Source of the DNA: Octopus vulgaris | Lineage: Eukaryota | NCBI GenBank assembly: GCA_951406725.2 | Contig: OX597820.1 | Span: 46,314,001-46,378,000 of the forward strand | Length of the DNA: 64,000 bases | Reading direction: 5' to 3' | In this document: positions 1-12,670 of the stretch, in pieces | Position numbering within the stretch: the stretch's first letter is position 1 | How the letters are laid out: every line of letters begins with the position of its first letter | Made by a program: the position numbers and the translations under genes | Notes under the pieces: generated by a model | What the model saw: only the letters and a program-made list of their open reading frames with translations | The model's database searches: none | What the model was told of the DNA's origin: nothing

Positions 1-10
1 CCTTCAGGGT

Positions 11-95
11 ATGTATGTATGTATGTATGTATGTATGTATGTATGTATGTATGTATGTATGTATGTATGTATTTGTGTACGTATGTATGTATGTG
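11..95. repeat. (TATG)n microsatellite
   Basis: Direct tetranucleotide repeat; explains the MYVC ORF. Confidence 0.95.
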
Positions 96-352
96 CAGAT
101 TTGTATGTTTTATGTATGTATTCTCATGCAAATAGTTACATATCTAGACATGCTCATATATATTTAAATGATAAACATCTGCTAAGTTTTACAAATGTTT
201 GCAGTTCCAGTGATGGATTGGATCTATAGTCTTTGAATTAGCTTTCTCCTTTCTGGTTTTGAGAAGCCTAATTTTTCAAGATTGGTATTTAAGCAGTGTG
301 TTACATATCCCAGGGTCCCAATAATTACAGGTGCTCCAGCATGACTGCAGTC

Positions 353-1385
353 CAGTGATGCTTTCGGAAGGCTAGAAAGGCGCCTCTGGAATCGGCGACA
401 CGTATGCAGAAAGACAAAGATAAAGGTGTACAAGGCATGTGTGCTCCCTTCTCTTCTCCAATCCTGCGAAACGTGGATCACATATCGATACTACTTAAAC
501 AACTGGAACGTTTCCATCAGATGTGTCTCAGACGGATCTACGGCATTAAGTGGGAGGACCGCATCAGTTATCTTAAAATATTAGAAGGCTCTTGGTGCGA
601 AAGTATAGAAGCTCTTATGTTAAAGCAAAGGCTCAGATGAAGTGGTCATCTGATCAGGATGAAGGATTCAAGGATGCCAAAACAATTATTTTATGAAGAG
701 TTAGCTAAAGGAGAACGACCCCCACATAAACCAAAAAAGAGATATAAGGACTTGCTGAAGGCTTCCTTAAGAGATGCTTGCATCTCTCCTGACACATGGG
801 AGGACATAGCTATTGATCGTAGCAGGTGGAGAAGGATTGTGCGCGAGGGGACAGCTACTTTTGAGAAATCTCGAGTTGCGCATGAGAAAGTAAGGAGGGA
901 TGTCAGTAAGGGCATCGCTGTTACACTTCCAGATGGGAAGGGTCTTCCTATGATGCTGACATGCAGTGTCTGTGGAAGACCCTGCCTCAGTAAAGCTGGA
1001 CTCAAGAGTCATCTTCGTAGTCATAAAGCGAGACAGATGAGTGACAACCTGGCCACTGGTGGTGGTGTTACACACCATACTAATCATATCTGCCAGGCAT
1101 GTGGAAGAGCGTGTAATTCGGCAGGAGGACTTAAACGACATGCAAAGGTACATGAAGCCCAGTTACAACTACAGCCGGCTACTGCTGGTAAAGGTTTTAG
1201 CTGCCAATTCTGTACAAGACATTGTAGATCTTTAGTTGGGCTAAAAAGTCACATTCGATCACAGCACCAATAACAGTTAATCTTCGTGCAATGGCCATAC
1301 TCAATAACGAGGATGGGTGGATGGATGGATGGATGGATGGATGGGTGCATAGATGGATGGATGGATGGGTGCATGGATAGATGAT
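353..1385 (+). mobile_element. 5'-truncated RTE-clade LINE (RT C-terminus plus three C2H2 zinc fingers), pseudogenised, with (GGAT)n tail
   Basis: Translates AFGRLERRLWNRR..KTKIKVYKACVLPSLLQSCETW, a frameshift near 480, then LERFHQMCLRRIYGIKWEDRIS..RLR*SGHLIRMKDSRMPKQLFY..PKKRYKD..WEDIAIDRSRWR (RTE signature; TGA 638-640 replaces Trp). Three CxxC-x12-H fingers follow, stop at 1273, short 3'UTR, then GGAT repeats. Confidence 0.9.
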
Positions 1386-1515
1386 TGTGTGCGCGCGCGC
1401 TTGTATGCATGTATGTATACGTGAGTTGCGGCTGGCTGGTCCAATGAATGGAGGGATGAACTGATGGTTAGTTGTATGCATGAATACTCATACATATACA
1501 AACATAAACACACTC

Positions 1516-1591
<76 letters not shown>

Positions 1592-2819
1592 GGAAAGAGA
1601 GAGAAACAGAAACGGATGGACAGGCAAACGGATACACCGACTGACGTATGTCGAAAATGAATAAAAGTAAAATTACTTAAGTTGGTATGCCCTTCTTAGA
1701 AAAAGTTTATCTGTGTACGTATATTCACCTCAAACACCTACGTGGGTGTGATACGATGGTTTGTTTTGCCAACAAGCTCGCCCCAACAATCTGCTACGTC
1801 AGAGGTACATATGATCGTGGGGTAATAAAAGGAAGTGTTGATATGGTTTCGGCAGGCACACAGACAAACAGATGGGAATCAGATGCTATCTTGTCTCTAT
1901 ACCGGAAGTAAGCTGTACGTCTGTAAGCCTGCCAGTCTGCACGTCTGGTTATATGGTCATGTGGTTATGTATAAGTACGTGGAGAGAGAGAGAGATAGCG
2001 TGAGTGAGTGAGTGAGTGAATGAGTTAGTGCGTGTATGCGTGTATGCGTGTATAGTTGTGTATCTGTTTCTTTGTGTTAGTGTGTGAATGTGGATGTGGA
2101 TGTAAATGTACATGTGAGTATGCGTGTGTGTATCTGTGTGGTTATGTAACTGTTTGTGTATGTAAATGTTTTTTTTTCTGTGTAATACGTATATGATTGA
2201 GCGTTGAGTGTGTAGATGTATGCATATATGGCTATGTGTTTTGAGATGTGTGTTATGGGCTCTGGGGATGTATGTGTGTGTATGAGTGCATGTGGATATA
2301 CGAGCGTTTGAATAATCATGAGAATATATATGTATGTGCTTCTATGTGTGTAAGTTTGCGTTTGGATGTACGGTTCTTTTTCATATGTGTGTGTGAGAGA
2401 GAGGGGGAGAGAAAGAGAGCGTGAGAGAGAGAGAGAGAGTGTGTGCGTGTGTATGTAAGTATGTGTATATGATCAAATTTGTGAATGTAAGTGGTTGTGT
2501 GAATGCTTACATGTGTAAAGATTTTTGCGTGTGCATAGCTGTAAATCCTTTGTGTTTATCGGTCCGTCTCTCTTCCCTTGTGTTTCCCTTGTGTTTATCG
2601 CCCCGTCTCTCCCCCTCTGTATGTCGATGCCTCTCTTGCAATATATTATTAAATTGAATTCAGTCCTACCTTACAAGATCTTACGATGATTCCGGCCTTT
2701 TCGACGCCAGATAGTTATCTTTTGAATTTTTCTTAATTGAATAATTTCTTTAAAATAAATTTAAAATGTTTAAAAGTTAGGCTTACATGTATATTGGCTA
2801 TATTTTCATTGAAATAATT

Positions 2820-3005
2820 GTTTCTACTATAAGTGGAAGAAGGTGAGAGGGTTAGCCAACTGGGGGAGGGAACTAAACAATTACATTGATTTTAGTGCTT
2901 TCGAAAGGATAAAAGGTGTAGTCGACCTCGCCGGAATTTGAACTCAGAAAAGTAAACACCGCTAAGCATTTTGTCTGGCGTGCTAATGTTACTCCTAGCT
3001 CGTCG
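2820..3005 (-). mobile_element. SINE family B, degraded copy
   Basis: gtcgacctcgccggaatttgaactcag..gctaagcattttgtctggcgtgctaa shared with many copies in the window. Confidence 0.8.
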
Positions 3006-3996
3006 GTTTGTAATGCGAATAAAATAAAGCTAAGTATTCAGCGAAGAAATATATGCCTGACGACCAAGCATCTGGCCCCAATTAACTACAATTAGTGGAA
3101 AACACTAGAAATAATATAAAGATCCAATCTTCAAAGATGCAATAGTATTAACATGTATACACATATGTGACTGAGCTGACCTTATCTTATAATAATTCTG
3201 CCTGTTTCTTCGTCCGTAACGCTTCTATGAGATTAATTGAATGAGATGGGGATGAGGATCGGGCGGGAGGGGAGGAGAGAGATGGGGCGGTGGAGAGATA
3301 GGGAGAGAGGGGTGGTGGTGAGCGAAATGTGTAATTTAAAAATTTCTTTCGTCTCCGTTACTAAACCCACCTGTAACGCTTTAACGTGATTAGTTATAGG
3401 GAAAGGCGAAGAGCGAAAGAAAAAGGAGAGAGAAAGAGAAGGTAAGGCGAAGAGTGAGAGAGAGAAAGCGGGAGAGTGCTGTGTATTAAATCTATAAAAT
3501 TGTGCGTAAATTTATAAAGTGTATATGTAAAGTGCATTAAGTAATCATCGTATTCCAATTTCCTTCACTTCTCAATGATTAGCAGATGAGCGACAATCTT
3601 TTGATACAGACACAACAAAGGCTACGCTTTCAGGTCTTTTGGATAAAGTTTTCAGAAATAACCCAATAAGTTTACTATTAATTCCGTAAAATATTCACGG
3701 GTCCCGCTGGTGATTTTCATTGTTTCAGCCATTCTATCCAGCTTTATGTTTAGACTATATTATCCTATGTCTTTCTCTGTTTAAAACAGTAGGATGTAAT
3801 CTGAAGGAGTTTTGACTACTATTTTTAGTAAGTTGATCCACCTATTTAAAGCTGCCCTATTTTAAAGAATTGAATGTTGGCTGGTTTGGAATATCTCATT
3901 TGTTGGCTCACCCTACAATACAGAACTTTTGCGACCTTGTCAGTAAGGGAGATAATTTTATGCAACATTTCATTGCTATCTTCTTTCTCCATCCAG

Positions 3997-4318
3997 GATG
4001 CTGACGTCATTGTCGGTTCATTGTCAGTGACAACAGAGCGGGACGCAGTCGTTGACTTCACCTTACCTTACTACGACTTCGCTGGTATCCAGATCCTGAT
4101 TAAGAAGAAAGCTCAAGAAACGAAACTATTTTACTTTCTCGACGTCTTTCATCTGGACGTATGGCTATGCCTGGTGGCCGTTCTTATTACTACTAGTATC
4201 CTGCTTTATATGTTTGACCGATTCAGTCCTTTCACCAACGTTGACCAGAATGGTGAGCAAAGGAATTTTAATATGAAGGAAAGTATGTGGTTCGTGATTG
4301 GGTCCTTGACACAGTCAG
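3997..4318 (+). CDS. IR25a/IR8a-like ionotropic receptor, exon A (end of S1, M1, pore loop)
   Basis: Acceptor ttctttctccatccag, donor G|GTGAGT (phase 1). DADVIVGSLSVTTERDAVVDFTLPYYDFAGIQIL..FDRFSPF..FNMKESMWFVIGSLTQS matches the IR25a pattern VVDFTxPYYD/FDRxSP. Upstream exons not found in the window. Confidence 0.93.
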
Positions 4319-4467
4319 GTGAGTAAAACAGTGATATTTTTAGTTTCTTTAGCTCTCCATAGCTTTTGAGATGTAGATATGTGTCAGTGTGATATTCCCC
4401 GACCAAAATAGCTCCGCAGCTCTTTTTTACTTCGCTTTTTTACTCCCAAACTCACATTATCTTTCTA

Positions 4468-4840
4468 TCTTTTATTCTTTACATGTTTCAGTTATTGGAC
4501 AGCGGTCATGTTGGGGCTCCGCCTTGAAGGGTTTAGTCGAACAAATCGGTCCCAATACTTATTCGTTAAGCCTGGGACTTATTCTATCGGTGTCTTTTGC
4601 CGGTCCGCCAAGTTAAGGAGGCGTAAACAAACAAACACCGGTTTTCAAGTGGTGGGAGGGGAGAATACACACAAACACACACACACACACATATACGACA
4701 GTTTTCTTTCAGTTTCCGTCTATCAAGCCACTTACAAGGCTTTGGTCGGCCAGAGACTATAATAGAAGATACTTGCCCAAGGTTTAACACAGTGGGACTA
4801 AACCTAGGATCATGTGATTGGGAAGAACAAATCTCTTACA
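4468..4840 (-). mobile_element. tRNA-derived SINE family A (intronic)
   Basis: tgtttcagt..catg.tgg.gc.ccgcc..cagtttccgtcta..acttgcccaagg, same consensus as 35327 and 44053. Confidence 0.88.
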
Positions 4841-6369
4841 TCTGAGAGCTGTGAGATGCGCGAGGACATCCTTTTATCTTCTAGAAGATACTCTCTTATC
4901 AAAGTATCATATATTTCTGCTGCAATTTAATAGATAAGCAAATACAGATGGTGTGATGCAAGAGGAAGACTTTACTTCCTTAGCGGTCGATGAAAATAAC
5001 TCCAAATGTTTTAAATTGTATTCTTCGTCTCTAATGCTGCGATACAGCAGCGAGTGAAACACTTGAGTCTTTTGTGGTTGTGGACTCACATGTGAGAAAT
5101 ATAAGGATGGAAAATATACTTAGGAGTGCGGTGTCACTCACCGGCATAGCACTTTAAGATAGGTCAGAAGTGAAGCACATTTGATTTCAAGGAATCAATG
5201 TAGATATAGTGGAGCTATATCTAAATGACTGACATGAAGTTCCAGAGAGATCGAGGTCGGTTTGAAGTGCTAGCATACAACATGAAACCTGTAAACCCGT
5301 TTAGATTACTCAATGGATGTTGAGACAGTGGTAAGCAGGAAATAGGGTTAAAAGAAAAAGACATCAAAAATGTTTGTAGAATCAGTTTGTTGGCCAATTG
5401 TATGGCGAGGATGGATACAAACTAATAGATATTATTCTGAATTGCACACCATTCATTACTTGCACCAACGACGCCAGTATACGAAGATTGCTACAGCTAA
5501 GCGGAGTTGCATGCATTAAAAATACTTGAGAGTGATGGTTTCAGAGAAAAGGGAGATGAGATAAATATCTTGAATGCATAAGAGAATATACAGCAGAACA
5601 ACGACAAATTGTTACTTCAAACCGAGAGCTTCTATAAAGTCACATGATCTTTTAGAAATGTCAAGTAAATATCCATCGAATACGCTATCGTCTTCAATAA
5701 GGCATATATTTGACATTGTTGTTCCTGATATACAAACAGGCAGAGGCAGACGATCTCAGTCAGAAAGCTTTTGACCTTAGCTCTCATTAGAGCTTACCCG
5801 GAGTTAAACAACATCGACAGCAACAGCGAAAAGACTTGGTGGTTGTAGGATCTGGGAGAGTAGTGGACATAGCAGATGTGCTTATAGGGATGAGAAACGG
5901 TGACTGCAAATTATAATAAATGGAAGACTTTGTTGCTGAAAGTGGTGGGTGGTTGGGAAATTGAATTCAACGTTAAGTACGGACACTAACTTTCTGAATG
6001 AATCTGGAATAGAAAGTGTAGTTCAGATAACAGAGATGGGTCAGAAAAAAGAGAGAAATAGGATGTGTGGCTTGCATGATGCTAGTAATTGATATTGGAT
6101 AAAAATCAATGAACAGAAGTTCATTGATGTTGATTAGAGTATAGAAAATTTTTTCATAAATTGATTATTGTTCAGTTATATTCCACTGACTTCTGCAAGT
6201 ATGAAAACAGTTTTGTTGCACAGGACAACAATAAAGCATTCGACTGGGTCTGGTAATCAAATCTAATCAGAGTAATTGCCCAATTATAGACTTCAATGGT
6301 TCCTCGCCTCTTAGTTCAAAAGCTTCCTATCAGATTGCACTATCACAGTGTGTACTACTGGAGCTCTCC

Positions 6370-6405
<36 letters not shown>

Positions 6406-7738
6406 GCATACACAATACCATCAAGTCAGGTGTGAATTCTGTTTTCCCCGTCATAGTAAGCAAATCCCATGTCTACGCAAAGATGAATACACCTTCAATT
6501 TCCCTTGAAGCTCTGTCTCTAAGACTTATTCCCATGCAACATAAAAACTCACATGAAGACTCTCATCTCCCTTTTCTCTGAAACCATCACTCTCAAACCG
6601 ACACTGACGCCATGAACAGTGAATTCCAAAAACATCCTTGTATAAGATGATATCAGTCCTATGTCTTCAATAGTACAAACATGAAGTCAACTATACATAT
6701 CACGAAAATATTAGTGTACCTTTTCCTAAACATGAACATTATACAACTAGAACCCTAGCTCTCTACGAATGCCAGGCTCCACTGAGGATCTCTCTTGCCA
6801 AATGCATGCCTTCGGTCTTCTTCGTAACCAAAATCAACTTCAGACCGCAAATACTACGAACTTCCTACAAAGCTCACATAAAACTCACAATGAAATATTG
6901 CTCCTGCATCCGAGGTGGTGCTGCTGTTATATAAACAGTCATTTCCAATTGCATCCAAAGAAAGGAAAACTGAATAATTGTCATGACGTCTGTCACCAAC
7001 TCACTCCAACCTACGATGAATAATCTTGCTGTCTTCTCTTTCTACCTCTTCGGCTACATCAACCGGAGCATATGTACTTCGGAGACGGAAGTTTCGTGCC
7101 ACTTACACTCAATCAATACCAGCTCATATGTCTCTCCACCTCTCACCAACCCTATTCTGCTACCCATCCACTCCAGGCTAACTACTACACCTAGTCCTTC
7201 ATCCTCAAAATGTCTGATCTTTTCAATCTCCTCTCTGTTCTTACTTTCCAGTGGCCGTTGGCTCACTATTATTCGATAGGAACATTTTCTCTAACAATAT
7301 GCAGGTCTCCAATGAACCAAAAAATGCTCCTCTCCTAGATTTTGCTTATATTATCCATTATAATCCAATTTGGTCCTCAGTTGCCATCAACTTCCCTACG
7401 CCGTCCTCTCCTATTCAACTTTATCTCCAATTACCTTACACTCTACAACTTTGTCTTCAATTATTCTTAGGTATCTATATCGTTCTCCATTCCGCGATTT
7501 TGTCTCCGGTTGTCTTCATCTGTATTAAACTGTCTTCCGCACTCCAGCTGGCTTCTCAGTTGTCTTCAGCTATTCTGCGTCACTATCTCATCTCACTGTT
7601 CAAGTTTGCTGCAAGTTGTTCTCAACTGTTCTCCACTGTACCCCATTGCTCAACGTTGCTTTGAATCATCTCAATATTATCCCTTTCGTCTTTCAAGAAA
7701 ACACTAATACGTTCATATCTATTGTTTGTTGATCACAG

Positions 7739-8306
7739 GTGGAGGTGACCCGCCGTCTTCGTTCTCTTCAAGAGTCCTCGTAGCAGGCTTTTGGTTCTTT
7801 TGCATCATAATGATGTCAACCTTCACAGCTAATTTGGCCGCCTTCCTCACCGCACGTCGTTACACAAGTGACCTAAGCTCACTTGACGATCTCGCAGCTC
7901 AGACAGAAATCAACTTCTCAGTAATGGTGAACAGCTCTACAATGCGCTACTTTGAACGCATGGCTAAAATTGAGAACCTCTTCGACACGAAATGGAAGAA
8001 AATGAATTTCAAGCACGGTTCTGGTGGAGATTTTGAAGGAAATTTAGCAGTTTGGAATTATCCAGTTAGCGAGAAAAATGCTAACATCTGGAAACGCATT
8101 CAGGCCAACGGCATGGTGGCAAATTCGTCAGAAGGACTGCAAAGAGTAAGAGACGGTAATTTTGCGTACATCACTGAATCTCCAATTGTTGAGTATTATA
8201 CAAAGAAATACAACGACCTCACGAGCATCGGCAACCCATTCAGCTCAAGACCTTATGCTTTTGCTTTCAAGCAGAACTCAGAACTTGTAGATCCATTTTC
8301 AAAACA
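7739..8306 (+). CDS. IR25a/IR8a-like receptor, exon B (M3, S2 with co-receptor extra loop)
   Basis: Acceptor tttgttgatcacag completes Gly in phase 1. GGGDPP..SRVLVAGFWFF..TFTANLAAFLT..SLDDLA..YFERMAKIE..LAVWNYPVSEK..FSSRPYAFAF. Donor CA|GTAAGA (phase 2). Confidence 0.95.
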
Positions 8307-9150
8307 GTAAGAATTGGGTTGATTTTGCTATATTAATTTTTCTCATTCAATTTATTTATCATTTTCTTTCTTTCTTTCCCTTTTTGTTTGTTTCTTTTTC
8401 TTCATCACTCACTCACTCTCAGTAGATATGTACGTGTGTGTGTATGCGCGCGCATGTATGTGTGTGTGCGCGCGTGTATGTGCGTGTGGATGTGTGTTTA
8501 TTAGCATAGGTGTATGTTATGCATATATATATTTATTCACACACACACACACACAAACACACACACAGATAAATATTTCTTTATTTGTGCTACCAATGGT
8601 TTCATGTGGACAAAATACGCAGTTTTCAAATGTTCATCTTAAAAATGTTGGGCATCCTTCTGCACGAGATTCTACATTATACATAAAACTATGGACAGCT
8701 CTCGATTAACTGATATCATCGAAGCCGATATTATCCAGGAGGCAAGATTTTCAACTAATCTATCATCTAAAAACAACAAACAAGGGATATAATAGCCATG
8801 TGGTTAGCAAATTGAAATTTTGGGATCAATACAGATATTGCACATAGGAGTACGTTTGGTTATACTCTGATCTCTCATGTATTTACTCTCGACTGTATTG
8901 CCGAGAGTATAGCACATTTGATGTGTTCTTCGCTTCTGTAGCCACACTACAGACATCAAACGATATGCCATTTCACGCAAGTATACATATGGGTAGGTTA
9001 AATCGCATTCCTGTATTCACAAATTCTTGTAAATGTCTTGTTGACTTAAATAAACTATTTCTCTTCATTTTGTTAGTAAAAGGCTTGAATTCAGAACAGA
9101 ACTGATATTTCAAAGAACATCATTCATACCTTGCTCTTTTGTTTTTTTAG

Positions 9151-9352
9151 CATTCTCCAGCTGCAGCAGAAATCTGTTCTAGAAGACCTGAAAAGGAAGT
9201 GGTGGCCTAAATCGGCTGAGGAAACAAAGGTGAAAAACTCTGAAGGTCTCAGCGTGGAGAGTTTATCTGGAACATTCATAGTACTTGGCATTGGACTGGC
9301 ATGTAGCCTGTTGTTTCTGGCTTTAGAAGTAATATGGGACAAATACAAGAAG
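9151..9352 (+). CDS. IR25a/IR8a-like receptor, exon C (end of S2, M4)
   Basis: Acceptor cttttgtttttttag in phase 2. ILQLQQKSVLEDLKRKWW..GLSVESLSGTFIVLGIGLACSLLFLALE. Donor AAG|GTAAGC (phase 0). Confidence 0.93.
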
Positions 9353-9588
9353 GTAAGCGATATTCTACAAATAAAGACCTCAATAGATGGCGAAATGTCA
9401 TCGAACAAGCGATTCAGAGACATATCATCGACTAACTCCTCCTCCTACTTCCTCTCTTCTTCCTACTCTTCCTCCTTCTACTTCCTCTCCTCCTCCTACC
9501 TCCTATCCCCTACTACCAACCTCCTCCTTCTCCCCTGCTCCTCCTCCTTCTCCTCCTCATCCTTTATAATTACATCTATACTCTACGT

Positions 9589-9839
9589 TAGTGGTTCTCA
9601 ACTATTTTCTGCCTATGGAGCGCCATTTGATTCCTATTTTACCCTACTGGACCCTCATGTAAAAAATAAAATCCTATTATATTTTTATAATGAAATATTA
9701 TTAGGAATTGTATTAAAAAATTGTTTAAAATATTTTGCGTATTGTAGAAGATACTTCTACAATATATTGCAGATAAATCTTAATAAGAAAATCTTATGTG
9801 GACCCCAAAGTTTATGTGGATCCCGTTTGCAAACCACTG
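9589..9839. mobile_element. hAT-type MITE
   Basis: Termini tagtggttctcaac / gtttgcaaaccactg; 8-bp TSD ctctacgt (9581-9588) / ctctacct (9840-9847). Confidence 0.8.
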
Positions 9840-10189
9840 CTCTACCTTATATCTGTACTGCATTTCAAAGAACTTTATATCCTGAAACTAACATACTAGC
9901 TTTTCTCTAATACCGAGTTCTTTTCACACAGGGGACCAACGACGGAGCCTCTACATACATTATATTATTGATTATTTAATATATCTCTCATACTGCAGAA
10001 CATTCCTTTTATTAGTGATCCACAAATGATCACAACAATTTTGGCCCTTTACTATAGTATCACCCCATCCAGCTGTCTCGAGCAGCTTTGATGTTGTCAA
10101 TAAATGCTCAGATTGTTTTGGCCCATATCGGAGCTCACCTTTTGCTTCCTGTCATCCATGAAGTTACCTTACCCAACAATACAAAGCAA

Positions 10190-10515
10190 AGACCGTGAAT
10201 GACCATGGAATTGCACGTAGGCAGTTACCCTCCGAGGTACAAGTCCGGGCAAGATTGTTCATGGAATACCAGCAGTTACCCGTGCATACCAGCCAGTCCT
10301 CTCCACGCCACCCATGTTGTCCAAGGGAAAGGGAAAGGCCGATACAGCTTGGCGGCAGTGACGTTACAACTCATTTCTACAGCTGAGTGAACTGGAGTAA
10401 CATGAAATAAAGTGTCTTTCTCAAGAACACAACAAACAGCCGGGACCAGGAATCGAATTTACTACCCCATGATCGTGAACCCAACGCTCTAACCACTGAG
10501 CCATGCTCCTTCACC
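10190..10515 (-). mobile_element. tRNA-derived SINE family C
   Basis: Reverse complement of the 16665 copy (ctcatttctacagctgagtgaactggag..ctctaaccactgagccatg). Confidence 0.85.
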
Positions 10516-11036
10516 AAACAATATTTATATAATTTATATACATTGACATACATCATGCTCTCATATATTACGTGCTTGTATTACACTCACGTATTACATA
10601 CTTATTTTCTCGGGCCACAACAGCTGCTAGAAATATAAACGTATTGCCATTCTGCTTTCTGCTTACAAGATAAGAACTTGACAGCAGCGTAGATCTGGAA
10701 CGATAGATCAATTAGTACCAACTACTTGATATTAGATCTGGCCAAGTATTAGACAATAACTCCAATATGAACAACTGTGTGGTAGCTGCTATCTTTTGCT
10801 TGTTTCAGTCATTGGACTGCAGCCATGCTAGGGCATCGTCTTATTTTGTTTTTTAAAGCTCCTCTTTCTTCTATACTTCCTCCTCTGTTTAACCAATACC
10901 AAAGCCGCAGTAACAATATCATTAACGATAGCAGTAGCAATGATGCATATTTAATAATACTGTCCTACCGTAATTAAAACATGTTTTACTTAAAAAATTT
11001 TTCTGATTCTCTCTATCTCTATTTATTATTTTCCAG

Positions 11037-11186
11037 TCAGCAAATCCAACCCTTGAACCAACCACTCAGAATGTTTCTGTCATATATGATCGTCCCAGTT
11101 ACCAACAGAAAGAATCCAGTAGTTTTTCCAACGGATCAATGTTTACATACGCTAACCCAGCTTTCACTGATTCGGGGTTCAAATGA
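11037..11186 (+). CDS. Probable terminal coding exon of the IR (cytoplasmic tail; not in ORF track)
   Basis: Strong acceptor tttattattttccag. Phase-0 open frame SANPTLEPTTQNVSVIYDRPSYQQKESSSFSNGSMFTYANPAFTDSGFK*. The four exons total 1242 nt = 414 codons. Confidence 0.72.
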   Translation, partial: SANPTLEPTTQNVSVIYDRPSYQQKESSSFSNGSMFTYANPAFTDSGFK

Positions 11187-11257
11187 AAATCCTCTCGAGG
11201 CAAAAGAAAACAATAACAAAACTATATATATATATAAAAGCATACAATTGATAGGAA

Positions 11258-11263
11258 AATAAA
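11258..11263 (+). promoter_or_regulatory. Candidate polyadenylation signal AATAAA
   Basis: First AATAAA about 70 nt after the predicted stop; the motif is common in AT-rich DNA. Confidence 0.35.
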
Positions 11264-11329
11264 TTATAGCCCCAAACCTAAACTTTGCTCTCCATCCACT
11301 TTTCAAATTTGTGACTCTTTCTGATTAGC

Positions 11330-11345
11330 ATATGTGTATGTATGT

Positions 11346-11376
<31 letters not shown>

Positions 11377-11681
11377 AGTGTGTGCGTGTGTGTGCGTATA
11401 TGTGTGTGTGTAGGTAGGTAGATAGATAGACAGATATGCAGATATGTATGTATGTATGAATGTGTATATATATGTATATGTATGTATATATGTTTATGTA
11501 TTTATGTATATATATACACGATGTATGTATATATATATGTATGTATGTATTATATATACATATATATATATATGTATATATGCATATATATATACATATA
11601 TATATATAGATATAGATATGCGTATATATGTCATATGTGTGTGTCTATAATATATATATATATATATAAACATGTACATAC

Positions 11682-11728
<47 letters not shown>

Positions 11729-11819
11729 ATATATACATATGTATATATATATGCGTGATATGTACAAAAATATGTATATACACATATAGTTAGATATAAA
11801 TAAGTATATATATATGGAT

Positions 11820-11914
<95 letters not shown>

Positions 11915-12121
11915 ATATATGTATATATATATATATATTGCTCTGAATTTTTCGTCGAGTACTCGTGCACGTACGTATGTATATGCATGTATGCGTGCGT
12001 GTGTGTATGACTGTGCTTGTCTCTAAAACTGTTAAAAAAAGTTTCTTCCTCATTCCTTTGAAAAATACTCATATTACACACACATACACGTATGTATCTA
12101 TACATCTTTCATTAACTCTAT

Positions 12122-12163
<42 letters not shown>

Positions 12164-12223
12164 CACATACACACTCTTTACTTGTCATATTTGTGTATGT
12201 GGGTATGTATTTATTTGTGCGTC

Positions 12224-12277
<54 letters not shown>

Positions 12278-12670
12278 ATATATATGTATATATATGTATA
12301 TATATGTATATATATATATATATGTATATATATGTATATATATATGTATATATATATATATATGCATATATATATATGTATATATATGTAAATATATATA
12401 TGTATATAGATATATGTATATATATATGTATATATGTATATATGTATACATATATGTATATATATATACATATATATGTGTGTGTTTGTGTGTGTGTGTG
12501 TGTGTATGTTTAATACACACGTGTATGTATGCATCTGTCTATTTGTGTGTGTATGTATACATGTAAGTGTGTTTTTGTCAACGCATGTGTAAATGCTTCG
12601 TGCGTGTGTTTGTGTGCGTGCGTGTGCTTGTTTGTGTGTGTGTGTGTGTTAGAGAGAGAGTGAGGAGGGA
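11330..12670. repeat. Compound (TA)n/(TG)n/(TC)n microsatellite field
   Basis: Low-complexity dinucleotide tracts. Confidence 0.95.

Noticed and set aside
9353-9910. Extension of ORF 9131-9910 beyond M4
   Set aside because: Strong donor at 9353; the extension runs through a CT-rich tract and a MITE.
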